A stretch of DNA of 64,000 nt from Microbotryum violaceum (Eukaryota). This document shows, in pieces, positions 49,959 to 60,866 of this stretch. The stretch's first letter is position 1. Each line of letters begins with the position of its first letter. The notes beneath the pieces are model-generated. The model made no database searches. It was not told the origin of the DNA and saw only the letters and a program-made list of their open reading frames with translations. Both the position numbers and the translations under genes were made by a program. The stretch is taken from positions 2,046,001 to 2,110,000 of the forward strand of contig CDLV01000005.1 of assembly GCA_001244265.2 (NCBI GenBank), given 5' to 3'.

Positions 49959-52900
49959 TCATCGCGCCAATCTGAGCTTCAACCTCTCCTTCAGTCCCGC
50001 CATCTCCTTGTCCATGCTCGACATCGCTCTGGCGTGGCGATGGAGATCCCAGCGTCGGTTGCTGAGAGTGTCGAGCGCCAGCGCAATGAAGGCGCGGATT
50101 GGACGCTTTTTCGACGTCGGAAGGCGAGCGCGCAGTCGAGAGAGGCCGTGCTCGATCTGAAGTGCCGTGTAGTCGAGGTCGAGGATCGACACGACCCCCA
50201 GCGCGTCGCAGATAATGGACCTAGCTGCTTGCCAAAATTGAGAAGAGTCAGGGCAATCATGCCAAAAGTGAGTAAAGTCATCCTCCACCCCTGCCAGGCT
50301 GCATGCCTGCACAAGGCAGCAGGCCGAGTCGCCATGCCGCTGCACAAACTGGCGCTTCCGCGTTGGCGTGAAGTGGTACGCCAGCTTGAAGTGCACCTCG
50401 CGCTCGCGGGCCGTGGCGGGCCCGGTGTGGAACCACCCCAGAAGAGTCGCCTTTCTTTGGATGTGGCGAGTGATCCAGGGCGTTGTGTGTCGTCGAAACG
50501 TCGATGGTTGATGACGCGTCGAAGTCGCGCAATGGTGTAGGGTCTGTCCAAGCTCAACATTCTCCACTGATTAGCAAGCAAGGGGGCGGAGGGGAGGGGA
50601 AGTCTTTGATCAGGCATGCCGACCGGAGTCGCTCTGGGCAAGATGTGCTCGAGGGGACCGCCGGGCCGGGCTCCAGGTGCTCCAACGACACGAATGACGG
50701 GTGGTCGACGTGCGAGGACGGGAACAGGAGGCGGAAGCGGCGGGATGAAGCGATCGCCTGCGACCTGGATCCACGCCTGGACTTGATCGCGCTTCCATTG
50801 CCAAAGGTTGGACAGCTCCGAGCCGTCGCCTTGGGGATGCTTCTCAGGGGTCCAGGGCACCGTTGGAGCTGCGGGGTATTGAGCTCGAGCATAGATGTCA
50901 GCGATGGTGCGTTCGAAAATGAAATGCTTCGCCAAACGCTTATCCTGCTCCGAGAACGCCCGCGAGTCATGCAGACCCGGTTGGAGGGGGAAAGAGAAAG
51001 AAGATTGGAGACCGAAAGTTTGGCAGGATCGACGACGGCAGGGTAGCGTTCAGCGACCGAGAGCACCGCTCGCCAGCGGGGATGTAGCTCCCGGGGTGCG
51101 TCGGCGTTCCTCCACGTCCACAGATCCGCAGCAAAGTCAAAGGTCGGAAGCGCTCGCCGGATGGAACTCCGAGCCAGATCGCCCCAAATCGCAGTTGACC
51201 CGCCGGCCAGCACATCCCAGATCCGTACCGAGACTGAATCCACCACATCCTGGATGCTCACGACGCTGAGACCGCCTCGCGCCCGTGCCGTGAAGACGAC
51301 TGATTGCTTGTAGTCGCTGCGCCGCGGGCCTCCCTTCACAAAGTCAGCAAGCTTGCGCTCGATCGACTTGATCACGTCGGATGGCGGGATGTCGGCGGAG
51401 AGAGAGTGCAGCACCTTGGAGATGCCGTAGCGGTTAAGATAGAAAGCCCGGGTATGGTGCGTCATCCATCGGTCGCGCACCGATAGAATCACTCGATCAA
51501 CCCTTCGCTCAAGATCATGGAATTCCAGCCTGTTGTTGCCGTCAGGCGCAAACTGGAGACCGATCCAGGGAAGAGACTCGTCCGGTGCCACGAACGACAG
51601 TTTGGACAAGTCCGCGCGATCCCACAACGTCGCGCCCAATGGCATCACCACAGTTTTGTCGGTGTTTAGACGTCCGTTCGTCGCGAGTCGCCAATCCCGA
51701 GCTAACGCCTCGAGCGAAGCAATAGCTTCCGGCCCAGCAACAGCGACGACGGCGTCATCCGCGAACGCCAAATTGGTGATGCATCGAGTCTGCGGACGAT
51801 GAGCCAGCTCCGGAAGAGTGATAGTCAGCGCAATGTTGCGTCGACTGAGAGAATCAAGGAAGGGTTGGAATACCACATCCCAGACAGAAGAAGAGAGAGG
51901 ATCGCCCTGGCCAAGACCGCACAGGAGTCGCACCGTCTCGGTGAGGAAACCGTTGACAATGTACCGCGCTGTGGACGTCTCGCCGTTGTAGAGCATCCGC
52001 AAGACGCGCTGGAAAGGTTCCGGCGCGCCGAGAGCCTCAAACACCGCAAAGACCCAGTCGTGCTCGACCATGTCGTAAGCCGAGCTCTGATCCAGGGAGA
52101 GGAGCGCTGCTGTCGGGAACTCTGCCCCACGACCCCTAATCTCATCGATCAGGAGCCGCAGATGCAAAGCCGCGTCCGCTGGTCTTCGCCCCTTGACGAA
52201 CCCATGCTGTCCGGCCGGAAGAACATCGGGGAGGATCCGGTTCAGACGAGCCACGTAGACCTTGGTGAAGATCTTGTAGTCGCATTCCCGCAAGGTGATC
52301 GGACGATACGATTTGAGGTCGCACCGCGCTGCACCAGGTTTGTTGTGTTTGAACAAGAGGCGCACATTGGCCTGGCTCTGTTGTGGAGTAAGGGAGCCTC
52401 GAGTAATCAGCTCGTTGTAGGCTCGAGTCAAGAGAGGGGCCCAAAGCAGGGGGCAGGCTCGATACATCTCATAGGGGACCCCTGAAGGACCCGGAGATCG
52501 ACCTTCGTGCGTGGTTCGAATCGCTGCGAGCACCTCGGCCTCGCTGATGGGCTCGGCCAGAATGTCGACGTGCGAATTCGAGAACCGCCGAAGGAAGCGA
52601 GCGTCGGAAAGCGGGTCGTCACAAGGTCTTGCTGATCTGATGGGTCCCAAGAGCTCATCCCGCATCGTCACGACCTGTTCCGGATCCTTCGCTTCGACAA
52701 GGTAGTGCTGCTGGAAATGAGAATGGGTGTGCTCGAGCGTGCGCTCCATGTCAGTGGTGAGCTCGCCATCAGCGAGCCGGATACTCTGAAACTTCACATC
52801 GCGGGACCGAGCAGCCAGTTTGGCATGTACCGGACGACTGAGACGTTCCTCGGATGCAATCTCGGGCACGTGCGCCCTGATCCGGGACTGCCTTGCTCGC

Positions 52901-53997
52901 TCGTTCACAAGTTTGGTGAGAGCGTCGTGGGTGTTCGTCCAGTCGATAATATCGAAGGGGCTCAGCACCCGACGAGACTCAATGTCCTGCAGTCGAGATA
53001 CCAGCATCATTTCGAGGGCGTTGCGCTCCCGAAACAGACGCCGAGACAGCTCGAGAGCTTGGACCCGAGACTCCGAGAGTACGCGCTGAAGGTCCGCGAC
53101 CGGATCCCCAGACGGTGCCTGCTCAAGGAGACGAGTGACGAACTCCTTAAACTCGGCGTGTCTGAAGGTCGACGAGTTGATGCGGGTCAGAAAATGAGCC
53201 GCCTGGGGAAGGCAGAGCTCCTTTTCGACCTCGGCACCACTTGCGCGCAGCCTAAATGTGACCGTAACCGGTCGATGATCCGACATGGATCGAGAGATAT
53301 TGTACAGAGTAGAAGCAGAAACGACCCGTCGCTCGTGTCGCCGCTGCACCAGAACAAAGTCGATGCGCGCGCGCGAAATGAGCTGGCCGTCCTTGCTGAG
53401 ATGTGGGCGCGTGGTCGCCGGCGACAGTGGGTGCATGAGCCGAATGGCATCCGTGTACGCCCCGTCGAGCCGAGACATAAGCACAGGCCAGTGGTGGGTG
53501 TTCGGGCGGTCCACCTGTTGCGCTCGATCCACCGCGGGAATAGGGCAGTCGTTCAGATCGCCCGCGATGAACCGAATGTGAGAGGAGACGGTCGCCCGAA
53601 AGTGAAGGGAGGTGAAGAAGAGGAGGCGCTCGGCGGGTTGAACCGGAGCGTAGATATTGTTGAGTTCGACGACGTCCGTCGAACCCCGCACATCGAAGGT
53701 GGTCACGAGTAAGCGCCCGCCAAGAGACTGACGCGTGCGACGATGACCACCGAGAAGAGGAGAAGAGCTTGGAATCAAAGTGAGGCAGTGTTGAGAAAAG
53801 TAGGCCTCGCCCTGGTGGGACTGGGCCTACTCGTGGCGTATGTGAGATTGTCGTGCTTTAGGAACATTATGTTCCTGGAGAAGGATAGCAGAAGGGGGAG
53901 GTGTGAGCGAAGTGAGATACGAAAGAAGCAGACGACGTCGTTCAGGGGTATTGAAGCCCCTGTTGACGTTCCAGGTCATGATGATGAACTCAATCAT
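49959..53997 (-). pseudogene. LINE C ORF2: AP endonuclease, reverse transcriptase, C-terminal Cys/His domain
   Basis: MIEFIIMTWNVN, LLQEH, NIYAP, GDLND, RIDFVL, SDHRPV, GLGQGDPLS, FADD. In-frame TAG at 53829-53827 and frameshifts near 50950 and 50570. Confidence 0.95.
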
Positions 53998-55968
53998 TAC
54001 GATCGCGCCTTCGTTGCAGCAGCAGCTCCCTTGATGGACAACATAGGTCCGAATGTGGGTGACGGGAGAGGGTCCGCAGCAGTCGATTCGTTCCAGTCCG
54101 ATGTGCGCGCAACGCTGGTGAGACGCTGGATACGCTCGGACCGGCGAAGACCCTGGGAAGTTCCTTCTTCCACCTCCTGCTTGGGCTCGGGCTCGGGATC
54201 ACACACTGGACCTGGAGACGGCGAAGGCATCCAACCGGTCACAGACGGGGTGCGGTCCAACTCGGTGATCTCATCGTACAGACCGGCATCCTGTTTGCGC
54301 TCGCGATCCGACACACGATTCATCCAGTCGTCAGGAAGACCGTCCATATCAAGCTGATGGTGACTGGCCGATCGGAACCGCGTCAGCTCAGGGGTCGTCG
54401 AGACAACCTCAGGCATAGACCCCGTCTCGGCCGACTGCGATTCCCCTTCTTCCGCGTCACTCGTCTCCGTGTGTTCCTCCTGGTTCCCCTCCGCTCCGCG
54501 GTCCTGCAGATCCGACAGATCCGAAGGCTCCAACGGCGGCACCTCCTGCTGTGGTTCCAGCTGTGCCTCGACTACGCTCATCTCGTCCTCGAGAGCCTGA
54601 GCGGGCTCCCCCTGCGCCTCTTCGGCCACGTCGCCGGCCAGACTTGCGAATGGGTTTGCGGCGACGATGAAACCGCGAAGGGCGGATGCTGTGGGTGTAG
54701 AGCTTTGTGAACGAGCAGGGTAGACTCGTGGTGAGTTGTTAGTGGCCCTTGTGGGAAATGCGTTCTTCTTTGAACGCTTGGACGCGACAGGGGACATTGG
54801 GGAGAGGGAGAGGCTACATCACCTCTGCGTTGTTTTTGGGGGGTCGAGGTTTGCTCGATGCTGCTTTGGGGCTCGGCCTGGGGCCTTTGGTTGTTGTTAT
54901 TTTTCTGGGCGGCCTGCTGACGCTGGACCGGCTTTTGAACGCAGTTGTCGGAGTGGCCTACAAAACCGCATCGGCGGCAGGAGGCTTCGGCCTCGTAGTC
55001 GTGGCGAAGGGGCGTGAGAGTTGCGAGTCGTCCTCGAAGGTCGATCCTCGTCGGTAGAACCTGTCGAAGTTGAGCACCGTTGTTTTTGAACAGATCGTCG
55101 TCGTCGAACTGGACGATGGCCGCGTAGTTTCCTCGAGCAACGAGATACGAGCCTTGAACGACTGTTAGAGGCTGCTGGAGTTGGAGCAAGTCGCACTTGT
55201 GGCCGTCCCCGGTAAGCTTGGCGACGACGCCTTGCAGTTTGCTCCAGAGGTCGTCATTCGTGTATTCAGCCTCAGGACTGATGATGAAACGCAGTTCGAC
55301 GACGTTCTTGACGAACGCCAAGCGCTTGCGGACTTGGGCAAAGGAGCGTTTCCACTCGATCTTGGTCGCCGCGTCGTGGACTTGGTCGAGCGCCGCTGCG
55401 CTAGCGCAGCGCACCACGAACTTGAACCGGGTGTTGCCGTTTTGGATGATCGACTCCGGCGCGACTCCATGGATGACTGGAGCGTATTTCTGGAGCTCGG
55501 GGGGAGGACAACTCCTGCGGGCAGGTTAAAACACAACGACGTGTCGGGCGACAGGGTACGGAGCACCTTCGAGTACAACTCGGACTTCTCGCGTTCAGTG
55601 GCCACACCGGTGTGTTCGAACGTGACTTCAAGAACGGCACCAGACGTGTCGGCGATTGGTTTCGTTGCATTGAGTGCGCTAAAGCGCAGGGAGGTGGCCC
55701 GGTCCTTGCCGAAGCCGAGTGCTTCTTTGAGCACAAGGATGCGGGTGCCCTGGCGTGTGCCATCTTCGACACTGATCATCTTCAGGATCCTCGCGACATC
55801 CTCCTTCCTCTTCTTCTCTTCATCACGCTTTTCCTGGTACAGCGCTAGGCCGGGGTTCCCTGGTCCCTCGGCGGCATCGGCCTCCGCCCCCGCGTCACCA
55901 CGTGGTTGCCCCGTCGCTGCCGGCTCCGGAGGGCCGCGGCCCGGATCAGGCGGTGCCTGGTCGGACAT
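53997..55968 (-). pseudogene. LINE C ORF1 (Gag-like, one zinc knuckle)
   Basis: [10 protein letters not shown] start, CRRCGFVGHSDNC knuckle, acidic tail. Frameshifts near 55500 and 54800. Stop overlaps the ORF2 start (TAATG). Confidence 0.85.
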
Positions 55969-56040
55969 TGGGTCGATAGCTGATGTAGCGGTTGATGTAT
56001 TCGATGTATTGACGTTTGCCGAGGTAGGGTAGTGCGATTG

Positions 56041-56289
56041 AGATGAAAGATGAAAGATGAAAGATGAAAGATGAAAGATGAAAGATGAAAGATGAAAGAT
56101 GAAAGATGAAAGATGAAAGATGAAAGATGAAAGATGAAAGATGAAAGATGAAAGATGAAAGATGAAAGATGAAAGATGAAAGATGAAAGATGAAAGATGA
56201 AAGATGAAAGATGAAAGATGAAAGATGAAAGATGAAAGATGAAAGATGAAAGATGAAAGATGAAAGATGAAAGATGAAAGATGAAAGAT
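56041..56289. repeat. Perfect heptamer array (AGATGAA) x about 35.5 in the LINE C 5' UTR
   Basis: 249 bp of uninterrupted 7-nt period; element sense TTCATCT. Confidence 0.99.
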
Positions 56290-56353
56290 ACACCTTGCAC
56301 AATTTTTGGGTACCTTAGTAATAGACAAACTACCGCGTCTATCATAACATCTT

Positions 56354-56459
56354 CTCTCGATAGCTCAGTTGGTAGCAGCGCGGGACTGTAATAGGTTCAA
56401 GCAAGCTTGCCTTGCCCATTGTCATCCCGAGGTCACCGGTTCGACCCCGGTTCGGGAGA
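56354..56459 (+). tRNA. tRNA-Tyr(GTA) with a 32-nt intron (56392-56423)
   Basis: CTCTCGA/TCGGGAG acceptor (C1-G72, A73), CGGGA-CTGTAA[intron]A-TCCCG, ACCGG-TTCGACC-CCGGT, followed by a T8 terminator. One extra base in the D arm. Confidence 0.93.
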
Positions 56460-56712
56460 TTTTTTTCGTCTTTTTGCGTGGACTGGCGAGCATCCGCACG
56501 GCGGTGATCTTCGTTGAACCAAAATGGCCCAGTACATGCTCTTAGCGGTGGGCTGCATTGCTGGTGATCGTACATCAAAATTTCACTTTTGCAAGTGCGT
56601 GGATACCATGATATGCTCGGATCTCGGGACTATTGTAACTTAGACTGTTACTCCGAGTCGGGCTTGACCGAGTACTCTCGGGTTCGCCGCGGCCGGCGGG
56701 TTGACGATTAAA

Positions 56713-57400
56713 TTTTTTGGCAGTTACGGGATGTCCTATATTGCACTTCTTGTGGCTGGGACCGCTACAAAAAAAGAACCAGGGAAAAGCTATAAGCCAC
56801 GACTTGGACGATAAGTGGACGCGTCGGGGAGGTGTGGCTGGTCGATCGTCGCAGCTCTTCCATTTCGATCGACAAGATTTTCAAGTCAGGGATTGCAAAC
56901 CGGGGATGTATCTCGTGGCAACAGGGTAGATTGGTTTTTGCGCCTTCCTGATTCAACGTGTAGTGTTGTACAGTTCATGGTTGGCTTTGTACCCCACTCG
57001 AGGGTCCAATCTGACGGCGCGCGGTAATCATGACTAGGGGTCCGCTTCTGTTCTCTCTCCTTCTCCACCATACTTTTGTACAAAGATACTGTGACCCACA
57101 GTCCGTGCAGCTAAGCGTAAGAGTCCACAGTTCAACTCGGAAGAAGTAGTGCCTCGCGATCGCATGATCCCGATCTTTCTTCTCATCGCAAGTCAAAGTC
57201 TCCGTTAATCCGACCCTTCAGCTATTCCCCCCGCATCCGACTCGCCGCTCACCCATGCCCTTCGTTCTTGACTTCCCACCTGGCAGATATACCGTCGTTT
57301 GCTATCTTCCCCTGGGCTCCCACATCTCGTGAGATCAAGGCGACCCGTGGGACTTTGAAACATCGATCGACTCGGACAGATACTATCGCCCAAGACGATG
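56713..57400 (-). mobile_element. Old, diverged family B-like LINE 3' remnant (right boundary uncertain)
   Basis: T-run at 56713, then a 21-nt identity TGGCTGGGACCGCTACAAAAA (56753-56773) to family B 3' ends with colinear flanking similarity. Weak ORF2-tail-like peptide ISARWEVK near 57270. Confidence 0.55.
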
Positions 57401-58037
57401 GACTTGCTCGCACACCGCGGCGGAGGCCATCTCTTCGAGTGAGCTGTCGAGGCTGTCGTCGGGTCGCCAAGAAAAATGTAGTTGTGGACCTAGACCGATA
57501 TTGTCTCTTGCGCCGGGCAAATTTGCAGCAAATACTGGGCAAGCTTACTCAGAACAAGCAAATTTTCCTTGTCCTCGTCGCAAAGTGACTGAGATCAAGG
57601 CTCTTCAAGCGGCTGAATCACCGCAGCCAGTCACTGTTCCTCAGGGAAGTGGGTTGATCGAGACAGACTGCCCAGTGATTGCCAAGGATAAGTGGAGGCA
57701 AGAGTCGAAGAGACATCGCCGCGCTTGCTGACCTGCTTCAACCGACTGACAGAGGTGTCCGTCTGTGTCCGTCGTGCAAATTCTGCCCTCGCCATTTTAC
57801 CTCGTGCCATTTAGTTGTGTTCTAAGCGGTGTTACATTCCATCTGCAGGTAAAGAGACTGACCTAGAGAGCTAGCTGTAAAAAGGTTCGAAGCACTTCAG
57901 AGCGGAGTTTGCGCTTCAATATCCCACCGATACCTCGATTACGGCCTTCCTCTCTTTCCCCTCTTCCAGCACGAGCGACCCTCTTCCTTCGACTAGCAGC
58001 AAGATCGCTTCAGGACTTCCTTCCCCCTCAAAAAAAG

Positions 58038-58418
58038 ATGTCGATCCAACCTCGACCCCCGATCCCACCCATCACCCCCACGCGTTTTACCCAACTGGTC
58101 GAATCCTTTCTCAACCAATCCCTCGCCGTCCTCGTCGCGTCCGATGCGCGTCTACTGGTCGGTTACTTCACCTGCCTCGACCAACAAGGGAATCTCGTAC
58201 TCGACAACACGTACGAATACCCCGCTGAGAAGGACGAACAAGAAGAGGAAGGGGTCTTGCCTTTGAATCGATTGGCAAGTCAAGAAGGTCGGTCGGTCGG
58301 TATGGTGTTGGTGCCTAGGAAGGAATGGAAGGGGGTGTGGTTGCATACGGGCGAACAGACCGCAGACGCAGAGAAAGAGCAGGCAAACACTACCTTTTCG
58401 AACGAGGCCTACATTTGA
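58038..58418 (+). CDS. LSM-domain protein, probably NatC auxiliary subunit (Naa38/Mak31-like)
   Basis: Sm1-like SDARLLVGYFTCLDQQGNLVLDNTYEY and Sm2-like RSVGMVLVP. Confidence 0.8.
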   Translation: MSIQPRPPIPPITPTRFTQLVESFLNQSLAVLVASDARLLVGYFTCLDQQGNLVLDNTYEYPAEKDEQEEEGVLPLNRLASQEGRSVGMVLVPRKEWKGVWLHTGEQTADAEKEQANTTFSNEAYI

Positions 58419-59251
58419 ACGAGCGATCATCCCTCGCCCTCGCGCCGGGTCAACAAAACGCTCTCGCACGAACGATCATGTCGCATCACCGCGCCTCGAG
58501 GTGTTCGCTCGAAAGAAAGTCGGGGTCGTCCGGCCAAGCCAGCCAAGTCTCCGAGTCAGTTGAGATTGGTTTTGAACGCCGTTCTTCAAGGTCTCGGTAC
58601 CGATGCCACTTTCTGATTTGAGCGTCCGTCGCAGAACCTCGATGTACAAGAAACAAAACCTCTATGACTTGCCGGCCAACACGACCTCCGGACCAGACTT
58701 GCCAGCTCACATCAAAGGATTTAGTAGCAACCCCGCATAGCAAAGCAGTTTCCTCTTGTTGTACATCTCTTTCTTTCTCTCTCTCTTCCACTCGCAATGC
58801 AAAAGTCGGAATGTTTTTGTATCTCTGGGTGTTTGGAATTGCAAGGGGTGGGGGTGAGGAGGGAGTAGTAGGAGGAAATTCTTTATTCTCCCCTCCTTGG
58901 TAGAGAACAAAAAATGAGAAACGGAATCGTGAAGAGGAAGAACCAAAAAAGAGACAACACACCGGGGGAGCCCTAGATCAAAGAGAAACATTGAAGGGGG
59001 GGAAGAGTAGAGCGACGACGTTTGGAAAGAAGCGAGAAAAGCAACAGGCGGTAGAGGGAAAGACCTCTACCATTTCCTTTTGGGGCCCACTTTTAGATTC
59101 ACTCGAAACGAATCGAGCGTTTTGGAAAGTTTGTAGTGGATGGGCCTTGCGGGGATCGGGTCGATTGCGCACTTCCTCACTTGCACCTTCTCCGTGACAG
59201 TTCCTCTCGTCATCGCGCATCCCTTCCCATCCTTCCTCATTCCTCAGATAT

Positions 59252-60342
59252 TTAGGCGGCGTGCTTGGCCTTTCCAGCGCGGAGCCTGAGCGAAAGAAGG
59301 GGAAACCCACCGAGATCAGCTTTCCGCCCGAGCAGACACCCGCCAAACACCAGTCTCTCCAAAGCTCACCTTCGGAGGTAGAACTCCAACTCCTTGCCCT
59401 CGAGGATGTAACCATCGGCGCGACCGGATTGACCTGGGCGCGAGGAGATGGAAGCGTACAGACGACCGGCCTGGAACTGCGATTCGAGCAGAGGGTCGAT
59501 CTTGGCCTGCTTTTGTCGTTCGGCCAGGTCACGCTTGACGTGCGACGACTGGGTCTTGGCCTCGCCTTCAACAACGGCGGCACCGGAAGCATCCTTCTTG
59601 AGCCCCTTCTTGGTGACGGGCTGGGCGTAGTGCGCCTCGTACCATTGACGGAAGGGGGCGGCGTCAATCTGGACGATGGCGGATTTGACGATCGTGTTGG
59701 TGCGCACGAGCTCGTTGTTGGACGCGTTGTAGACGACACCGATGATGCGCGTCTTGCGGGTGGCGTGCTCGGATGCCCAGGCAAAGTTGCCCGACTCGAG
59801 ACGAAGCGCACGGTGCTTGGTGTTGCCGCCACGGGTGCGCACGGTGTGGATGCGCTTGGCGCCCAACTTGGTCATGGCCGGTTGGCGACCCAACTCGAAC
59901 TTTCTCTTCTTGCGGTACTGCGCACGTTGAGCACCCTGATGATGGCAAGATGTGGTCGGGTCAGCGATGGGTGTGGGGTTTGGTAGCCGCCGCAGGAAAC
60001 AGCCGAGCGAGCTCGCGCGACCCGCCGTCGCCCAAGCCGGCGCGCCAGGCCCACGCCAGCAGGGCCGATTTGCGTCGTTCGCAGAACCAATCGAACTACT
60101 GGCGGGCCCGGCTGGCCCATCGCGACCACCCCTTTCTCCTCGCCTAGGTAGGTCCGCAATGTACAACAAAATTGCAGACTTACGGTGTGCGAGCGCTTGT
60201 GGCGCGAGTCCCGTGTACTGTAATGCCAAGTCGAGAGTGGAGGGGAGGGTCAGCATCGATCCGCTCCGGCTGCTGCTGGTCATCGTTGTCGTTCGCTCGA
60301 CCCGCGACTGCTCGTTGCTCGGACAGTAACTAACATTCCCAT
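59252..60342 (-). CDS. RPS8: 40S ribosomal protein S8 (eS8), 4 exons
   Basis: [34 protein letters not shown]...[36 protein letters not shown]. Confidence 0.98.
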
Positions 60343-60866
60343 CTGCGAGGTGGTGACGAGAGAGATATAGAGTTGGATCAGTTTCGGAACAGTACCAAGG
60401 TCCACTAGACCCGCGGTGAGGTTGATGCAGGGGGACTGACTTTTGCTTGACGTGTGGAAAGAGGCGAGAGAAAAGAGCCCCGCCCAGTTGGCCCACCTAC
60501 CGCTCACGCCGGCCGCTGAATTCCAAACGGCAGGCAGACAGCGCGAGCGCAATATCCCAGCGCCGCGCGCGCCTGGGACCGCAAGCCCAAAGCCCATCGC
60601 AGCCTCCAAAGCCCATCGCAGGCTGCGATGGGCTTGCAACCGTGCCAACGCCCGCGCCTCAGCTCAACGCGCGCCTTTCAATTTTTTTTGGGCCCACAGC
60701 CAGCCGAGACACCTCCTCCCCTCGCTCGCGCCTGCCTGCCTGACCGCCTGGGCTCACGCGCGCCGCCGCTGGCAGCAGACGAATTCGGCGCCTGGTCGCC
60801 CACGGCGGCCCGTCTTTTGCGAGCTGCGCTTGCCCTCTTTCGTCTTTCCATCCCACACGTAACATC
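60343..60866. promoter_or_regulatory. Probable bidirectional promoter of RPS8 and RPS29
   Basis: 524 bp between two divergent start codons; repeated AAAGCCC(ATCGCAG) motifs around 60583-60620. Function inferred. Confidence 0.6.

Larger units (their letters stand above)
40980..56331 (-). mobile_element. Head-to-tail stack of 12 non-LTR retrotransposon segments (families A/A', B, C)
   Basis: Poly(T) runs (sense poly(A) tails) start at 40980, 41000, 41087, 42468, 42574, 42799, 43211, 43258, 43672, 43717, 44953 and 48570, each followed by a family-specific 3' end. Confidence 0.95.
48570..56331 (-). mobile_element. Apparently full-length L1/Tx1-like LINE, family C (about 7.8 kb)
   Basis: Repeat-containing 5' UTR, ORF1, APE-RT ORF2, about 1.4-kb 3' UTR and poly(A). 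The 5' boundary is inferred from ACCGC at 56332. Confidence 0.93.

Noticed and set aside
45856-53712. Long plus-strand ORFs opposite LINE ORF2, and similar ones opposite the permease, RPS8 and Bni4-like genes
   Set aside because: They are antisense shadows of GC-rich coding frames with no independent motifs.
55845-56345. ORFs with LSSFIFH repeats
   Set aside because: These are translations of the stop-free heptamer array; the likely ORF1 start is 55968.
53827-56459. Programmed readthrough of the ORF2 TAG by the adjacent tRNA-Tyr or the UUA tRNA-like RNA
   Set aside because: tRNAs act in trans, so proximity is not evidence; a TGG>TAG mutation is simpler.
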